Of a DNA stretch of 64,000 nt, positions 25,535 through 40,678 are shown piece after piece. The DNA is taken from NCBI GenBank assembly GCA_964016885.1, contig OZ024750.1, positions 51,770,001-51,834,000 of the forward strand, read 5' to 3'. A model generated the notes under the pieces. That model ran no database searches. It was not told where the DNA came from and worked only from the letters and a program-made list of their open reading frames with translations. Positions within the stretch are counted from its first letter, which is position 1. Each line of letters opens with the position of its first letter. The stretch comes from Eledone cirrhosa. Lineage: Eukaryota. The position numbers and the translations under genes are program-made.

Positions 25535-27649
25535 TATAGTCTTAACAGTGTTACACAATTTACCGTGTATATAGTAGTCTTAACAGTGTTACATAATCTA
25601 CCGTGTTTATAGTCTAAACAGCGTTACACAATTTACCGTGTATATAGTCGTAGCAGTGTTACATAATGTACCGTGTATATAGTCTTAACAGTGTTACACA
25701 ATTTACCGTGTATATAGCCGTGCCAGTGTTACACAATGTACCGTGTATATAGTCTTAACAGTGTTACATAATGTACCGTGTATGTAGTCTAAACAGTGTT
25801 ACACAATTTACCGTGTATATAGTCTAAACAGTGTTACATAATGTACCGTGTATGTAGTCTAAACAGTGTTACACAATGTACCGTGTATATAGTCTAAACA
25901 GTGTTACACAATTTACCGTGTATATAGTCTTAACAGTGTTACACAATTTACCGTGTATATAGTCTTAACAGTGTTACACAATTTACCGTGTATATAGTCT
26001 TAACAGTGTTACATAATGTACCGTGTATATAGTCTAAACAGTGTTACACAATTTACCGTGTATATAGCCGTGCCAGTGTTACACAATGTACCGTGTATAT
26101 AATCTTAACAGTGTTACACAATGTACGGTGTATATAGTCTTAACAGTGTTACACAATGTACCGTGTATATAGTCTTAACAGTGTTACACAATTTACCGTG
26201 TATATAGTCTAAACAGTGTTACACAATGTACCGTGTATATAGTCTAAACAGTGTTACACAATGTACCGTGTATATAGTCTAAACAGTGTTACACAATGTA
26301 CCGTGTATATAGTCTTAACAGTGTTACACAATGTACCGTGTATATAGTCTAAACAGTGTTACACAATGTACCGTGTATATAGCCGTGACAGTGTTACACA
26401 ATGTACCGTGTATATAGTCTAAACAGTGTTACACAATTTACCGTGTATATAGTCTAAACAGTGTTACACAATGTACCGTGTATATAGTCTTAACAGTGTT
26501 ACACAATTTACCGTGTATATAGTCTAAACAGTGTTACACAATTTACCGTGTATATAGTCTTAACAGTGTTACATAATGCACCGTGTATATAGTCTTAACA
26601 GTGTTACATAATGCACCGTGTATATAGTCTAAACAGTGTTACACAATGTACCGTGTATATAGTCTAAACAGTGTTACATAATGTACCGTGTATATAGTCT
26701 AAACAGTGTTACACAATTTACCGTGTATATAGCCGTAACAGTGTTACACAATGTACCGCGTATATAGTCTAAACAGTGTTACATAATGTACCGTGTATAT
26801 AGTCTAAACAGTGTTACACAATTTACCGTGTATATAGCCGTAACAGTGTTACACAATGTACCGTGTATATAGCGGTGACAGTGTTACACAATGTACCGTG
26901 TATATAGCCTAAACAATGTTACACAATGTACCGTGTATATAGTCTAAACAGTGTTACACAATTTACCGTGTATATAGTCTAAACAGTGTTACACAATGTA
27001 CCGTGTATATAGTCTTAACAGTGTTACACAATTTACCGTGTATATAGTCTAAACAGTGTTACACAATTTACCGTGTATATAGTCTTAACAGTGTTACATA
27101 ATGCACCGTGTATATAGTCTTAACAGTGTTACATAATGTACCGTGTATATAGTCTAAACAGTGTTACATAATGCACCGTGTATATAGTCTAAACAGTGTT
27201 ACATAATGCACCGTGTATATAGTCTAAACAGTGTTACACAATGTACCGTGTATATAGTCTAAACAGTGTTACATAATGTACCGTGTATATAGTCTAAACA
27301 GTGTTACACAATTTACCGTGTATATAGCCGTAACAGTGTTACACAATGTACCGTGTATATAGTCTAAACAGTGTTACATAATGTACCGTGTATATAGTCT
27401 AAACAGTGTTACACAATTTACCGTGTATATAGCCGTAACAGTGTTACACAATGTACCGTGTATATAGCCGTGACAGTGTTACACAATGTACCGTGTATAT
27501 AGCCTAAACAATGTTACACAATGTACCGTGTATATAGTCTAAACAGTGTTACATAATGTACCGTGTATATAGTTTAAACAGTGTTACACAATGTACCGTG
27601 TATATAGCCTAAATGTTACACAATTTACCGTGTATATAGTCTAAACAGT
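25535..27649. repeat. 35-bp minisatellite, ~60 copies
   Basis: Unit cagtgttacacaatgtaccgtgtatatagtctaaa. Confidence 0.95.
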
Positions 27650-28146
27650 GATGGTGGTGGTGTGGTGGTAATGGTGGTGGTAGTGGTGGTGGTGGTGGTG
27701 GTAGTGGTGGTAGTGGTGGAAGTGGTGGAAGTGGTGGTGGTGGTGGTGGTGGTGGTGGTAGTGGTGGTGGTGGTGGTGGTAGTGGTGGTATTGGTGGTGG
27801 TAGTGGTGGTGGTGGTAGTGGTGGTAGTGGTGGAAGTGGTGGTGGTGGTGGTGGTGGTAGTGGTGGAAGTGGTGGTGGTGGTGGTAGTGGTGGTAGTGGT
27901 GGTGGTAGTGGTGGTGGTGGTAGTGGTGGTAGTGGTGGAAGTGGTGGTGGTGGTGGTACCTCTGGGTGAAGATGACATAGATGTTAGGTCATCCAGTGTA
28001 TGTGAGGTCAATATATTACATGGGAGGGTAAAGTTGACATATAGATGACACATGTGTGAGGTGAGCCAGTAAAACATATTCACACACACACACACAAACA
28101 CTGCACTGCCACACACACTACACTGCCATACACACACACACACACG

Positions 28147-28183
<37 letters not shown>

Positions 28184-28283
28184 TACTGTCACACACACAC
28201 TGCACTGTCAGCTCTACTGAACAAATTCACTGACTTCTTTATAGCAACTTTCTTTGTTGTATTGATTGTTTATGAATAGATTG

Positions 28284-31200
28284 AAGGCCAGAAATGTGAG
28301 AGGATAGAACAGTCGATTAAATAAACCCCTGGGAGATAAAAGGCCAGAAATATGAGAGGAGAGAACAGTCGGTTGAATAAACCCCTGAAAGATAAAAGGC
28401 CAGAAATGTGAGAGGAGACAACAGTCAGTTAAATAAACCCCTGAAAGATAAAAGGCCAGAAATGTGAGAGGAGACAACAGTCGGTTAAATAAACCCCTGA
28501 AAGATAAAAGGCCAGAAATGTGAGAGGAGAGAACAGTCGGTTAAATAAACTCCTGAAGGATAAAAGGTCAGAAATGTGAGATGAGAGAACAGTCGGTTAA
28601 ATAAACTCCTGAAGGATAAAAGGTCAGAAATGTGAGAGGAGAGAACAGTCGGTTAAATAAACCCCTTAAAGATAAAAGGTCAGAAATATGAGAGGAGAGA
28701 ACAGTCGGTTAAATAAACCCCTGAAAGATAAAAGGCCAGAAATGTGAGAGGAGAGAACAGTCAGTTAAATAAACCCCTGAAAGATAAAAGGTCAGAAATA
28801 TGAGAGGAGAGAACAGTCGGTTAAATAAACCCCTGAAAGATAAAAGGCCAGAAATGTAAGAGGAGAGAACAGTCGGTTAAATAAACCTCTGACAGATAAA
28901 AGGTCAGAAATATGAGAGGAGAGAACAGTCGGTTAAATAAACCCCTGAAAGATAAAAGGCCAGAAATATGAGGGCAGAGAACAGTCAGTTAAATAAACCC
29001 CTGAAGGATAATAGGCCAGAACTATGAGGGCAGAGAACAGTCGGTTAAATAAACCTCTGAAAGATAAAAGGCCAGAAATATGAGGGCAGAGAACAGTCGG
29101 TTAAATAAACCTAAGGCCAGAAATATGAGGGCAGAGAACAGTCGGTTAAATAAACCCCTGAAAGATAAAAGGCCAGAAATATGAGAGGAGAGAACAGTCG
29201 ATTAAATAAACCCCTGGGAGATAAAAGGCCAGAAATGTGAGAGGAGAGAACAGTCGGTTAAATGAAACCCGTGACAGATAAAAGGCCAGAAATGTGAGAG
29301 GAGAGAACAGTCGGTTAAATAAACCTCTGACAGATAAAAGGTCAGAAATATGAGAGGAGAGAACAGTCGGTTAAATAAACCCCTGAAAGATAAAAGGCCA
29401 GAAATATGAGGGCAGAGAACAGTCAGTTAAATAAACCCCTGAAAGATAAAAGGCCAGAAATGAGAGAGGAGAGAACAGTCGGTTAAATGAACCCCTGAAA
29501 GATAAAAGGCCAGAAATGTGAGAGGAGAGAACAGTCGGTTATATAAACCACTGAAAGATAAAAGGCCAGAAATGTGAGAGGAGAGAACAGTCAGTTAAAT
29601 AAACCCCTGAAAGATAAAAGGCCAGAAATGTGAGAGGAGAGAACAGTCAGTTAAATAAACCCCTTAAAGATAAAAGGCCAGAAATGTGAGAGGAGAGAAC
29701 AGTCGGTTAAATGAACCCCTGAAAGATAAAAGGCCAGAAATGTGAGAGGAGAGAACAGTCGGTTATATAAACCCCTAAAAGATTAAAGGCCAGAAATGTG
29801 AGAGGAGAGAACAGTCGGTTAAATAAACCCCTTAAAGATAAAAGGCCAGAAATGTGAGAGGAGAGAACAGTCGGTTAAATAAACTCCTGAAGGATAAAAG
29901 GTCAGAAATGTGAGAGGAGAGAACAGTCGGTTAAATAAACTCCTGAAGGATAAAAGGTCAGAAATGTGAGAGGAGAGAACAGTCGGTTAAATAAACCCCT
30001 TAAAGATAAAAGGTCAGAAATATGAGAGGAGAGAACAGTCGGTTAAATGAACCCCTGAAAGATAAAAGGCCAGAAATGTGAGAGGAGAGAACAGTCGGTT
30101 AAATAAACCCCTGAAAGATAAAAGGCCAGAAATGTGAGAGGAGAGAACAGTCGGTTATATAAACCCCTGAAAGATAAAAGGCCAGAAATGTGAGAGGAGA
30201 GAACAGTCGGTTAAATGAACCCCTGAAAGATAAAAGGCCAGAAATGTGAGAGGAGAGAACAGTCGGTTAAATAAACCCCTGAAAGATAAAAGGCCAGAAA
30301 TGTGAGAGGAGAGAACAGTCGGTTAAATAAAACCCTGAAGGATAAAAGGCCAGAAATGTGAGAGGAGAGAACAGTCGGTTAAATGAACCCCTGAAAGATA
30401 AAAGGCCAGAAATGTGAGAGGAGAGAACAGTCGGTTAAATAAACCCCTGAAAGATAAAAGGCCAGAAATGTGAGAGGAGAGAACAGTCGGTTAAATAAAA
30501 CCCTGAAGGATAAAAGGCCAGAAATATGAGAGGAGAGAACAGTCGGTTAAATAAACCCCTGAAAGATAAAAGGCCAGAAATGTGAGAGGAGAGAACAGTC
30601 GGTTAAATAAACCCCTGAAGGATAAAAGGCCAGAAATATGAGAGGAGAGAATAGTCGGTTAAATAAACCCCTGAAAGATAAAAGGCCAGAAATGTGAGAG
30701 GAGAGAACAGTCAGTTAAATAAACCCCTGAAAGATAAAAGGCCAGAAATGTGAGAGGAGAGAACAGTCAGTTAAATAAACCCCTTAAAGATAAAAGGCCA
30801 GAAATGTGAGAGGAGAGAACAGTCGGTTAAATGAACCCCTGAAAGATAAAAGGCCAGAAATGTGAGAGGAGAGAACAGTCGGTTATATAAACCCCTAAAA
30901 GATTAAAGGCCAGAAATGTGAGAGGAGAGAACAGTCGGTTAAATAAACCCCTTAAAGATAAAAGGCCAGAAATGTGAGAGGAGAGAACAGTCGGTTAAAT
31001 AAACTCCTGAAGGATAAAAGGTCAGAAATGTGAGAGGAGAGAACAGTCGGTTAAATAAACTCCTGAAGGATAAAAGGTCAGAAATGTGAGAGGAGAGAAC
31101 AGTCGGTTAAATAAACCCCTTAAAGATAAAAGGTCAGAAATATGAGAGGAGAGAACAGTCGGTTAAATGAACCCCTGAAAGATAAAAGGCCAGAAATGTG

Positions 31201-32549
31201 AGAGGAGAGAACAGTCGGTTAAATAAACCCCTGAAAGATAAAAGGCCAGAAATGTGAGAGGAGAGAACAGTCGGTTATATAAACCCCTGAAAGATAAAAG
31301 GCCAGAAATGTGAGAGGAGAGAACAGTCGGTTAAATGAACCCCTGAAAGATAAAAGGCCAGAAATGTGAGAGGAGAGAACAGTCGGTTAAATAAACCCCT
31401 GAAAGATAAAAGGCCAGAAATGTGAGAGGAGAGAACAGTCGGTTAAATAAAACCCTGAAGGATAAAAGGCCAGAAATGTGAGAGGAGAGAACAGTCGGTT
31501 AAATGAACCCCTGAAAGATAAAAGGCCAGAAATGTGAGAGGAGAGAACAGTCGGTTAAATAAACCCCTGAAAGATAAAAGGCCAGAAATGTGAGAGGAGA
31601 GAACAGTCGGTTAAATAAAACCCTGAAGGATAAAAGGCCAGAAATATGAGAGGAGAGAACAGTCGGTTAAATAAACCCCTGAAAGATAAAAGGCCAGAAA
31701 TGTGAGAGGAGAGAACAGTCGGTTAAATAAACCCCTGAAGGATAAAAGGCCAGAAATGTGAGAGGAGAGAACAGTCGGTTAAATAAACCCCTGAAGGATA
31801 AAAGGCCAGAAATATGAGAGGAGAGAACAGTCGGTTAAATAAACCCCTGAAAGGTAAAAGGCCAGAAATATGAGAGGAGAGAATAGTCGGTTAAATAAAC
31901 CCCTGAAAGATAAAAGGCCAGAAATATGAGAGGAGAGAATAGTCGGTTAAATAAACCCCTGAAAGATAAAAGGCCAGAAATATGAGAGGAGAGAACAGTC
32001 GGTTAAATAAACCCCTGAAAGATAAAAGGCCAGAAATATGAGAGGAGAGAATAGTCGGTTAAATAAACCCCTGAAAGATAAAAGGCCAGAAATATGAGAG
32101 GAGAGAACAGTCGGTTAAATAAACCCCTGAAAGATAAAAGGCCAGAAATGTGAGAGGAGAGAACAGTCGGTTAAATAAACCCCTGAAAGATAAAAGGCCA
32201 GAAATGTGAGAGGAGAGAACAGTCGGTTAAATAAACCCCTGAAAGGTAAAAGGCCAGAAATGTGAGAGGAGAGAACAGTCGGTTAAATAAACCCCTGAAG
32301 GATAATAGGCCAGAAATTTGAGGGGCGGGGGGGACTGTCTGTTAAATAAACTCCTGAAAGATAAAAGGCCAGAAATGTGAGGCGGGGGGGGGGTCAGTCA
32401 GTTAAATAAACTCCTGAAAGATAAAAGGCCAGAAATTTGAGGGGCGGGGGGGACTGTCTGTTAAATAAACTCCTGAAAGATAAAAGGCCAGAAATGTGAG
32501 GCGGGGGGGGGGACAGTCTGTTAAATAAACTCCTGAAAGATAAAAGGCA
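28284..32549. repeat. 56-bp SINE-derived minisatellite, ~76 copies
   Basis: Unit aaggccagaaatgtgagaggagagaacagtcggttaaataaacccctgaaagataa; runs directly into a minus-strand SINE A head at 32545-32650. Confidence 0.95.
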
Positions 32550-34711
32550 AACTTGACTTTGGCGGGATTTGAACTCGGAACATAAATGATTGTAGCTAAA
32601 TGCCACACAGTATTTTGTCCAACACACTGACGATTCTGCCCGTCCCCCACTTTACACTGGCTTAATTATAATATAGACCCCAGTACTTCACTGGTCTTTT
32701 GTATATCTAACCCAGAAGTATAAAAAGTAAAGTTGACTTCGGTGGGATTTGAGCTCAGAACGTAAAGAACCAAAGTAAACACGGCAAGATATTTTATCAA
32801 TCCCTCTGATCATCCTGTCAATCCACCACCTCACGTTGTTTAAAATATTGCAATCTTGATATCGATTTAAACACCGGCAAATATATATCAACTCCCTTAG
32901 AATCTCGAATTAAACCGTTAAACCCATGTAATACCATTCTACTCTAAGCCACCTCTAGTTCTGTGAAACAAAATCACCCATTTTATAGGGGGCCTATAAA
33001 GCATCTTCTTACATAATTATATGTACGAACCATATGTTAAGTTACTAAGTAATGAAATAATAATTTGAGTAAATCCCTTCTAATTCTTCAGTAGTAGTAA
33101 CAAAGTAGTTAAACTCTATATTCTAGAAGCTGCCAACACTAGCGTATAATGAATACTCTTGTGTTTCCCACCCGAACAAAAGACGAAGGGGTGTAAGAAT
33201 TGGTAAAGTAACTTGCGTTTCTTTGTATTCTCAAGTCAAATATTCGGATTTAACTTTCATCTCCCTTGAGTCGATAAAACAGGAACCAATCAAATACTTT
33301 ATATCGATTTATGACCTAAGTTAGTGTTACATATTTAAATGAAGATCAAACACGCAATTAAAAATATATAACTGGTAAAAAGAATGAAACATTAGGTCAA
33401 AAACTAATGTTATTTTAACTAATCTCTTAGCATGAACGGTAAACAACTCCACACGTGTTTCGATTTTATGAAACTTCTTCAGTGAAACAGAGACTTCAGC
33501 GTATTAGCCAAAGAAGTTACTAAGTTGATAGATGTACTATTTTGCACAGTTACTGTAGACGTAGAAAACAATCATGCTTTTAAAAATAACCACCGAGGGA
33601 AATTAATTAGAGACGCGTGAATAATTTCTCATCTTCTTGTGAATATTTCTAATTAGATTCTGTATGATCACTACATTAGATTTGTTGGTACTAAATTGAC
33701 TATTGTTTTTTGATGGGGGTTGCGTCTCTGAGTAATTAGCCACGGTAATTGAGTTATAATCTAATTTGATAACAAGAAATATATCAGGCGTTCTGTTATG
33801 GAATCAGTAAAGATCTTGGCGTGGAAAGCGATAAATACTATATTCTAGTCGCGATAAAGAGAGACTGTTCTTTTCCTGTCTCAAAATAAGGGTAACAATA
33901 TTTCCTATCATTTATACAGCGTCTTATTCGTTATAGGGAATAAGAAAGAAAAGGAGATCATCGGATGGCACCAAGGAAACAATATTTCCATTGGTCTTTC
34001 CATTGTTGATTCCATAAGCCGGTCGAAAAAGGTTTAAAACATGGAAAAAAACACGCCATGGCGTTTGTTCAAAAATTTTATCGCTCTGATATGATATGTG
34101 GGCCTCCGTCGGTTCCAACGACGAATGTTCCAGTGGTACAAACCAGGGAACAGCTTACTGGTGAAATAAACGTGAAACTGACTGAGCATTTCACAGTCAA
34201 GTGTGTCCTAAACGTAGTTAATAGAGAGATTCAACGTGACACAGTCTGTAACAAATCTGGCCTCTTTCAATTACAGAGTCAACACATTTTGACTAGCTGA
34301 GTGGACATGAGCAACGTAAAATTGAGTGTCTTGCTCAAGGACACAACGCACTGCCAGGAATCGAATCCACACCATTACGATCGTCAGCCGAACACCCTAA
34401 CCACTAAGCCTCGCGCCATCATAGTATCGCTCTGGTATTTGGAGCAAATGTGAAGTGAGATGTTTCATAAATGTCACATGACCCTAGGTTTTACAACAAC
34501 AATAAAGTTTATAAGAAAACACAAGAAATATTTCGGAGAATTATCTTTATTTCGAAGTGGTCTTACATTTTAGATGTTACTGAAGGAATAGATCAGAATA
34601 ACAGAGAACATTATACGGCGTTTGATGATCGCTTAAATAGCTGTGACAGTGTATGTACACACACACACATGTATATGGCATATATATATATATATGCATT
34701 ATATATATGCC

Positions 34712-34779
<68 letters not shown>

Positions 34780-34888
34780 ATATAAAGAGATGGTTGGGTG
34801 GATGGGTGCAGGAATTTGTGTTTTGTATGTATACGTGTATGTTTTTTAATCTAATTTGTATAATTTGTAAACACATGCATTTACCTAA

Positions 34889-34976
<88 letters not shown>

Positions 34977-35103
34977 ATGGATTATTGTCTGCCGGAACCA
35001 AGATTGACTGAAACACAGCTTTGATTCCAACAGACCGAATTAGACATGTAGTCTATACTCTACAACCGGTATTGAGTACTCTTTCTTCCATTCCTTACCA
35101 TTA

Positions 35104-35146
<43 letters not shown>

Positions 35147-35161
35147 ATGTATATATATATT

Positions 35162-35197
<36 letters not shown>

Positions 35198-35265
35198 ATG
35201 TATATATATATATTTATATATATATATATTTATATATATAATGTATATATATATTTATATATATA

Positions 35266-35316
<51 letters not shown>

Positions 35317-35459
35317 ATTTATATATAATGTAAAGAAGTAAAGAAGGGAAGATAGAGAAAGCGAAAGAGAAAGAAAGAGGGAAGGAAAGAGAGGGGGGTT
35401 CTAGTAGAAATGACCTGTTGGTCCTTTTGTCGTTTCACTTAATCTGAAAATATATTTTT

Positions 35460-35510
35460 TCAGATTTTTGCATACTTAGCTGTAAATGTCACACCGTTAC
35501 AACTTGTCAC
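35460..35510 (-). CDS. FABP-like exon 4 (VTSCNGVTFTAKYAKI*)
   Basis: Acceptor tttcttctatttcag, 51 nt ending in TGA; resembles the FABP C-terminal GV-x-x-x-x-x-Y strand; spliced product is 140 aa. Confidence 0.88.
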   Translation of the reverse strand: MTSCNGVTFTAKYAKI

Positions 35511-35574
35511 CTGAAATAGAAGAAATAATTATAAACATACTTTATAATCTATATATAGCCGTAGAAGTGTTTAA

Positions 35575-35796
35575 CCCTTTAGCATTTACATTACTCTATA
35601 TATATATTATTGTATTTTTGTGATAAAAACTTTACCTTACATAATATCTCACATAATATCAAATCTATTAGATTTTGATATTATTTATTTTGGGAAAATT
35701 ACCTTAACATCAGTATGAGTGGCCAGTTACAGCCAGTTTGAAGAGAAAGAGATGAGAAAACTTTGGCCGGATATGGCCGGTTTAAATGCTAAAGGG
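35575..35796. mobile_element. piggyBac-type MITE in FABP intron 3
   Basis: TTAA TSDs (35571-74, 35797-800) and perfect 14-bp TIR CCCTTTAGCATTTA. Confidence 0.85.
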
Positions 35797-36024
35797 TTAA
35801 AAGGTTAGCGTTCTAAATGTAGAAAATAACAGTTGATCGCTATGGATAATAGTTTGGTGAAAATTGGATAATTTTCCTAATTTTCTCAACTATTGTCTAT
35901 AATGATCTATCGCAAAGGTTCTCAGACTTTTGGGCCACGGCCCCCCTCATAGTCACGTAATACCCTCAGCACCCCAACCCTGTTTTCAGAGAGACCTGCC
36001 TACACGCAAGTTGTATATAATATA

Positions 36025-36847
36025 TCTATATATCTAAAACAGAGAATGTCTGTCTGTCTGTCAGATCACTAAAACTCGAGAACCACCCAACCGATTGTTT
36101 TAAAATTTTACGCATGTAATACTTATGGTCCTGTGAGTGTTTTGAGCAAAAAATATTTTAAAAGTATTTATTTCGCCATAAAGTATTACTTTTCTTCGCA
36201 CGGAAAATACCCCTGGTAATCTACGACGAATTTGTTTTATAAGCACAAAATGTAGACACCATCCCGAGGCCGAGGTATTCCGTACTTCTCTGTACTGTTT
36301 CAAAAAGGAGGGATAAACATGCCAATCTATGTTTAGAATCCCGAGCAACGCCGGGCTATTCTGCTAGTTCTATATATACTGCATCACTGACTGACAAATC
36401 ATATTTGGAAGAAAACACATGACGTTGAGTGCTTCAATGGAATTGCATCGTTATTTACTGTTTTCAAACTTTACACATGTAATACTTATGGTCATGTGAG
36501 TGTTTTGAGTAAAGGAAATTTTATATTTTCAATGCCCTATTAGGCGATTTAGCGATCTCTCTCTATAACTCTTAGTCTTTCTCTTTTTAGATAGATACAT
36601 AGATATAACGTTGCGCCCTTATAATATCTGTCTGTATGTCTGACTGTCTGCATTACAACATTATGACGGAGCTGTGTGTGTGTGTATGTATATATAGTGT
36701 GTGTATATATATATAGTGTGTGACGTTTTTCGAAATATTTACTTTTTCGTTCACAGATTGATTTTTTTACTTCAGAAGATCCCGTTAAGGGTGAAAGCAG
36801 CGATTCTTTGCTTAAACTTTAATCTGTTATTTTAATATATATATATA

Positions 36848-36912
<65 letters not shown>

Positions 36913-37051
36913 GTGTACAGATATTTTTGCATACACAATAACAAAATATAAGCAAACGTATTTATTTCACGAGGCTCGATAAGGATAAATATATATCAAC
37001 TATATAAGAACCCTAGAGCAAATCCCGAGCAACGCCGGGCCATTCTGCTAG
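36025..37051 (+). mobile_element. Nested non-autonomous Helitrons (3' ends at 36367 and 37051)
   Basis: 5' end homologous to 20079; cccgagcaacgccggg-x-ctgCTAG termini; another 3' end at 43905-44048. Confidence 0.75.
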
Positions 37052-37495
37052 TAATAAATAAAATCGTTAATTAATATATGATAAATATAATATATGTATA
37101 CTATGTATAAAGAAATATGTATTTTTTTATTTTACTATATTTATATATAATATGCATCATATGATATTTGATATACTATTATATCATCTCTCCCACCCCT
37201 ACCGCACCCTGGACCTTCTCGGGGGGGGGGGTAGTGCACATTTTGTGAACATCTGATCTAACGTTATTACAGGTTTTTATTGACTAATTAACTAATTGTG
37301 TTCCAATGTAGGATATGTGACTTCAGAATGGGGTGTATATACTATGATATCTACTTTGTCCGGTCATGCTGGGGCACATTTTCTTTGTTATATCGTGTGG
37401 GACCAAAAAGGTTGAGAAAGACAGGTGTGACTTATTAGATCAATAAATCAATAATAGAATCGATGAAAAAATGTGCTTGGGACGGTAATACTTAC

Positions 37496-37606
37496 AACTG
37501 TCATGCTAGCATCGTCTTCCACTGACCTTGTTGTTACAACCTCCCACTCACTCCATTCAGTTATTGTCTCTTGTATTTTGTTGTCAGCAAGTTTGGTTAC
37601 CACACA
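37496..37606 (-). CDS. FABP-like exon 3 (CVVTKLADNKIQETITEWSEWEVVTTRSVEDDASMTV)
   Basis: Acceptor ctctctccctattcctcag, 111 nt phase 0->0, donor gtaagt; TTR motif aligns to FABP R106. Confidence 0.9.
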
Positions 37607-37637
37607 CTGAGGAATAGGGAGAGAGATATATAATACA

Positions 37638-39288
37638 TGATATCACACAGAGATATATTGTTGTAGAGGATATCATACACAGTGGTATCACACAGGGATA
37701 TATTATAGTAGGTAATACCGTATACAGTGATATCACACAGGGATATATTATTGTAGAGGATATCATACACAGGGATATATTATAGCAGATAATACCGTAC
37801 ACAGTGATATCACACAGAGATATATTATTGTAGAGGATATCATACACAGTGGTATCACACAGGGATATATTATAGCAGATAATACCATATACAGTGATAT
37901 CACATAGGGATATATTATAGCAGATAATACCGTACACAGTGATATCACACAGAGATATATTATTGTAGAGGATATCATACACAGTGGTATCACACAGGGA
38001 TATATTATAGTATATAATACCATATACAGTGATATCACACAGGGATATATTATTGTAGAGGATATCATACACAGTGGTATCACACAGGGATATATTATAG
38101 TAGATAATATCGTACACAGTGATATCACACAGGGATATATTATAGCAGATAATACCGTACACAGTGATATCACACAGGGATATATTATAGCAGATAATAC
38201 CATATACAGTGATATCACATAGGGATATATTATAGCAGATAATACCGTACACAGTGATATCACACAGAGATATATTATTGCAGAGGATATCATACACAGT
38301 GATATCACACAGGGATATATTATAGCAGATAATACCATACACAGTGATATCACACAGAGATATATTATTGTAGAGGATATCATACACAGTGATATCACAC
38401 AGGGATATATTATAGCAGATAATACCATATACAGTGATATCACACAGGGATATATTATAGCAGATAATACCGTACACAGTGATATCACACAGGGATATAT
38501 TATAGCAGATAATACCATATACAGTGATATCACATAGGGATATATTATAGCAGATAATACCGTACACAGTGATATCACACAGAGATATATTATAGCAGAT
38601 AATACCATACACAGTGATATCACACAGGGATATATTATAGCAGATAATACCGTACACAGTGATATCACACAGAGATATATTATTGTAGAGGATATCATAC
38701 ACAGTGATATCACACAGGGATATATTATAGCAGATAATACCATACACAGTGATATCACACAGAGATATATTATTGTAGAGGATATCATACACAGTGATAT
38801 CACACAGGGATATATTATAGCAGATAATACCATATACAGTGATATCACACAGAGATATATTATAGCAGATAATACCGTACACAGTGATATCACACAGGGA
38901 TATATTATAGCAGATAATACCATACACAGTGATATCACACAGGGATATATTATAGCAGATAATACCATACACAGTGATATCACACAGGGATATATTATAG
39001 CAGATAATACCATACACAGTGATATCACACAGGGATATATTATAGCAGATAATACCGTACACAGTGATATCACACAGGGATATATTATAGCAGATAATAC
39101 CATACACAGTGATATCACACAAGGATAAATTATAGCATCATACTATACACAGTGATATCACACAGGGATATATTATAGCAGATAATACCGTACACAGTGA
39201 TATCACACAGGGATATATTATAGCAGATAATACCATACACAGTGATATCACACAGGGATATATTATTGTAGAGGATATCATACAGTGA
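37638..39288. repeat. 45-bp minisatellite in FABP intron 2
   Basis: Unit gatatcacacagggatatattatagcagataataccgtacacagt with two interleaved variants. Confidence 0.95.
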
Positions 39289-39958
39289 TGATGGACAATA
39301 AAACATACGTTATTCTTGATATAATAAACCCAAGATGAATAATGATTTCTAATTTAGGCAGAATGCCAACATTTTAAGGGGAGGGGAAGTCAGATGTTCT
39401 GCCGATTCTGTTAATCCACGGCCCTACCAAAGATATCATATACCTAAGATGAATTATATACGTTATTGTAGAGAATATCATACTGTGAAGATAAAGACTA
39501 ACAGAAATAGATTCTTGTAGAGGATATCATGGTATGTTGTTGAACCTCCGTCTGTTACAACGACGAGTGCTCCAGTTGATTCAATCGTAAAACAACTGAA
39601 TTTTCTCGAACATCGCGAAATAAAGCGTCTTACTTAAGGACACAACATGCCACCATGAATCGAATCTAGGTGTTTACGATCGAGAGCGGAACACCTTAAC
39701 GACTAAGCCAGGCGCCATCACTTGAGGATATTAATGACAGAAGGTAAACGATAGCAAGGTTAGATTACTATAGACAAGTGATTCCCAACCAGAGGTTCAT
39801 GCATCCCTAAGGTCCATGCATCCCTAGGGTCTATGTATCCCTAGGGTCCATGCATCTCTAGGGTCCATGCATCCCTAGGGTCTATGAACCCTTGAGATGA
39901 GTGAGCTCAGTTTAAAAATTCAAGAATTTTGTTAAGAACATAATATAGACATGCTATT

Positions 39959-39997
<39 letters not shown>

Positions 39998-40225
39998 GTT
40001 ATTCCTGTCGTGTAACAAAGGGAGGAATAGTAATGGGGAACTCATTTATATAAAAGGGGTGTTTGGTAGCGAAAGGTTTTGGAAGCCACATTTGTAGACG
40101 ATTCCATATACTGAAGATAAACAATAAGAGTGAAAGAGGCTGGTACTTTATTTCATCGGCCCCCGAGGGTAAAGAGTGATGAAAGCCGAAACAAATACCA
40201 CGAATCATTTTGCCTTACACTCTAA

Positions 40226-40302
<77 letters not shown>

Positions 40303-40455
40303 AACTCTCTCTCTCACACTCTCCCTCTCCCTCCCTCTCACTCTCTCTCACACTCCCTCTCACTCTATTTCCCTCTCTCTCTCACTCTATTTCCATCTCT
40401 CTCTCTCTCACTCTCTCACTCTCTCCCTCTCTCTCCCTCTATCTCCCTCGTTACT

Positions 40456-40562
<107 letters not shown>

Positions 40563-40678
40563 ATAATAGTAATAATAATAAATTTGAAGACTAAAATCCA
40601 AAGAGGGCTCGATAAGGATAAATATATATCAAATATATAAGAACCGTAGAGCAAATATTTATTAAAATAACAGATTAA

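Noticed and set aside
33445-33488. Minus-strand CTGAAGA...GAAAcacgtgTG
   Set aside because: G at position 17 and poor stems; at best a dead remnant, not counted
37584-39122. 512-aa ORF of 15-aa Cys-rich repeats on the FABP strand
   Set aside because: Stop-free frame of a 45-bp minisatellite; out of frame with exon 3
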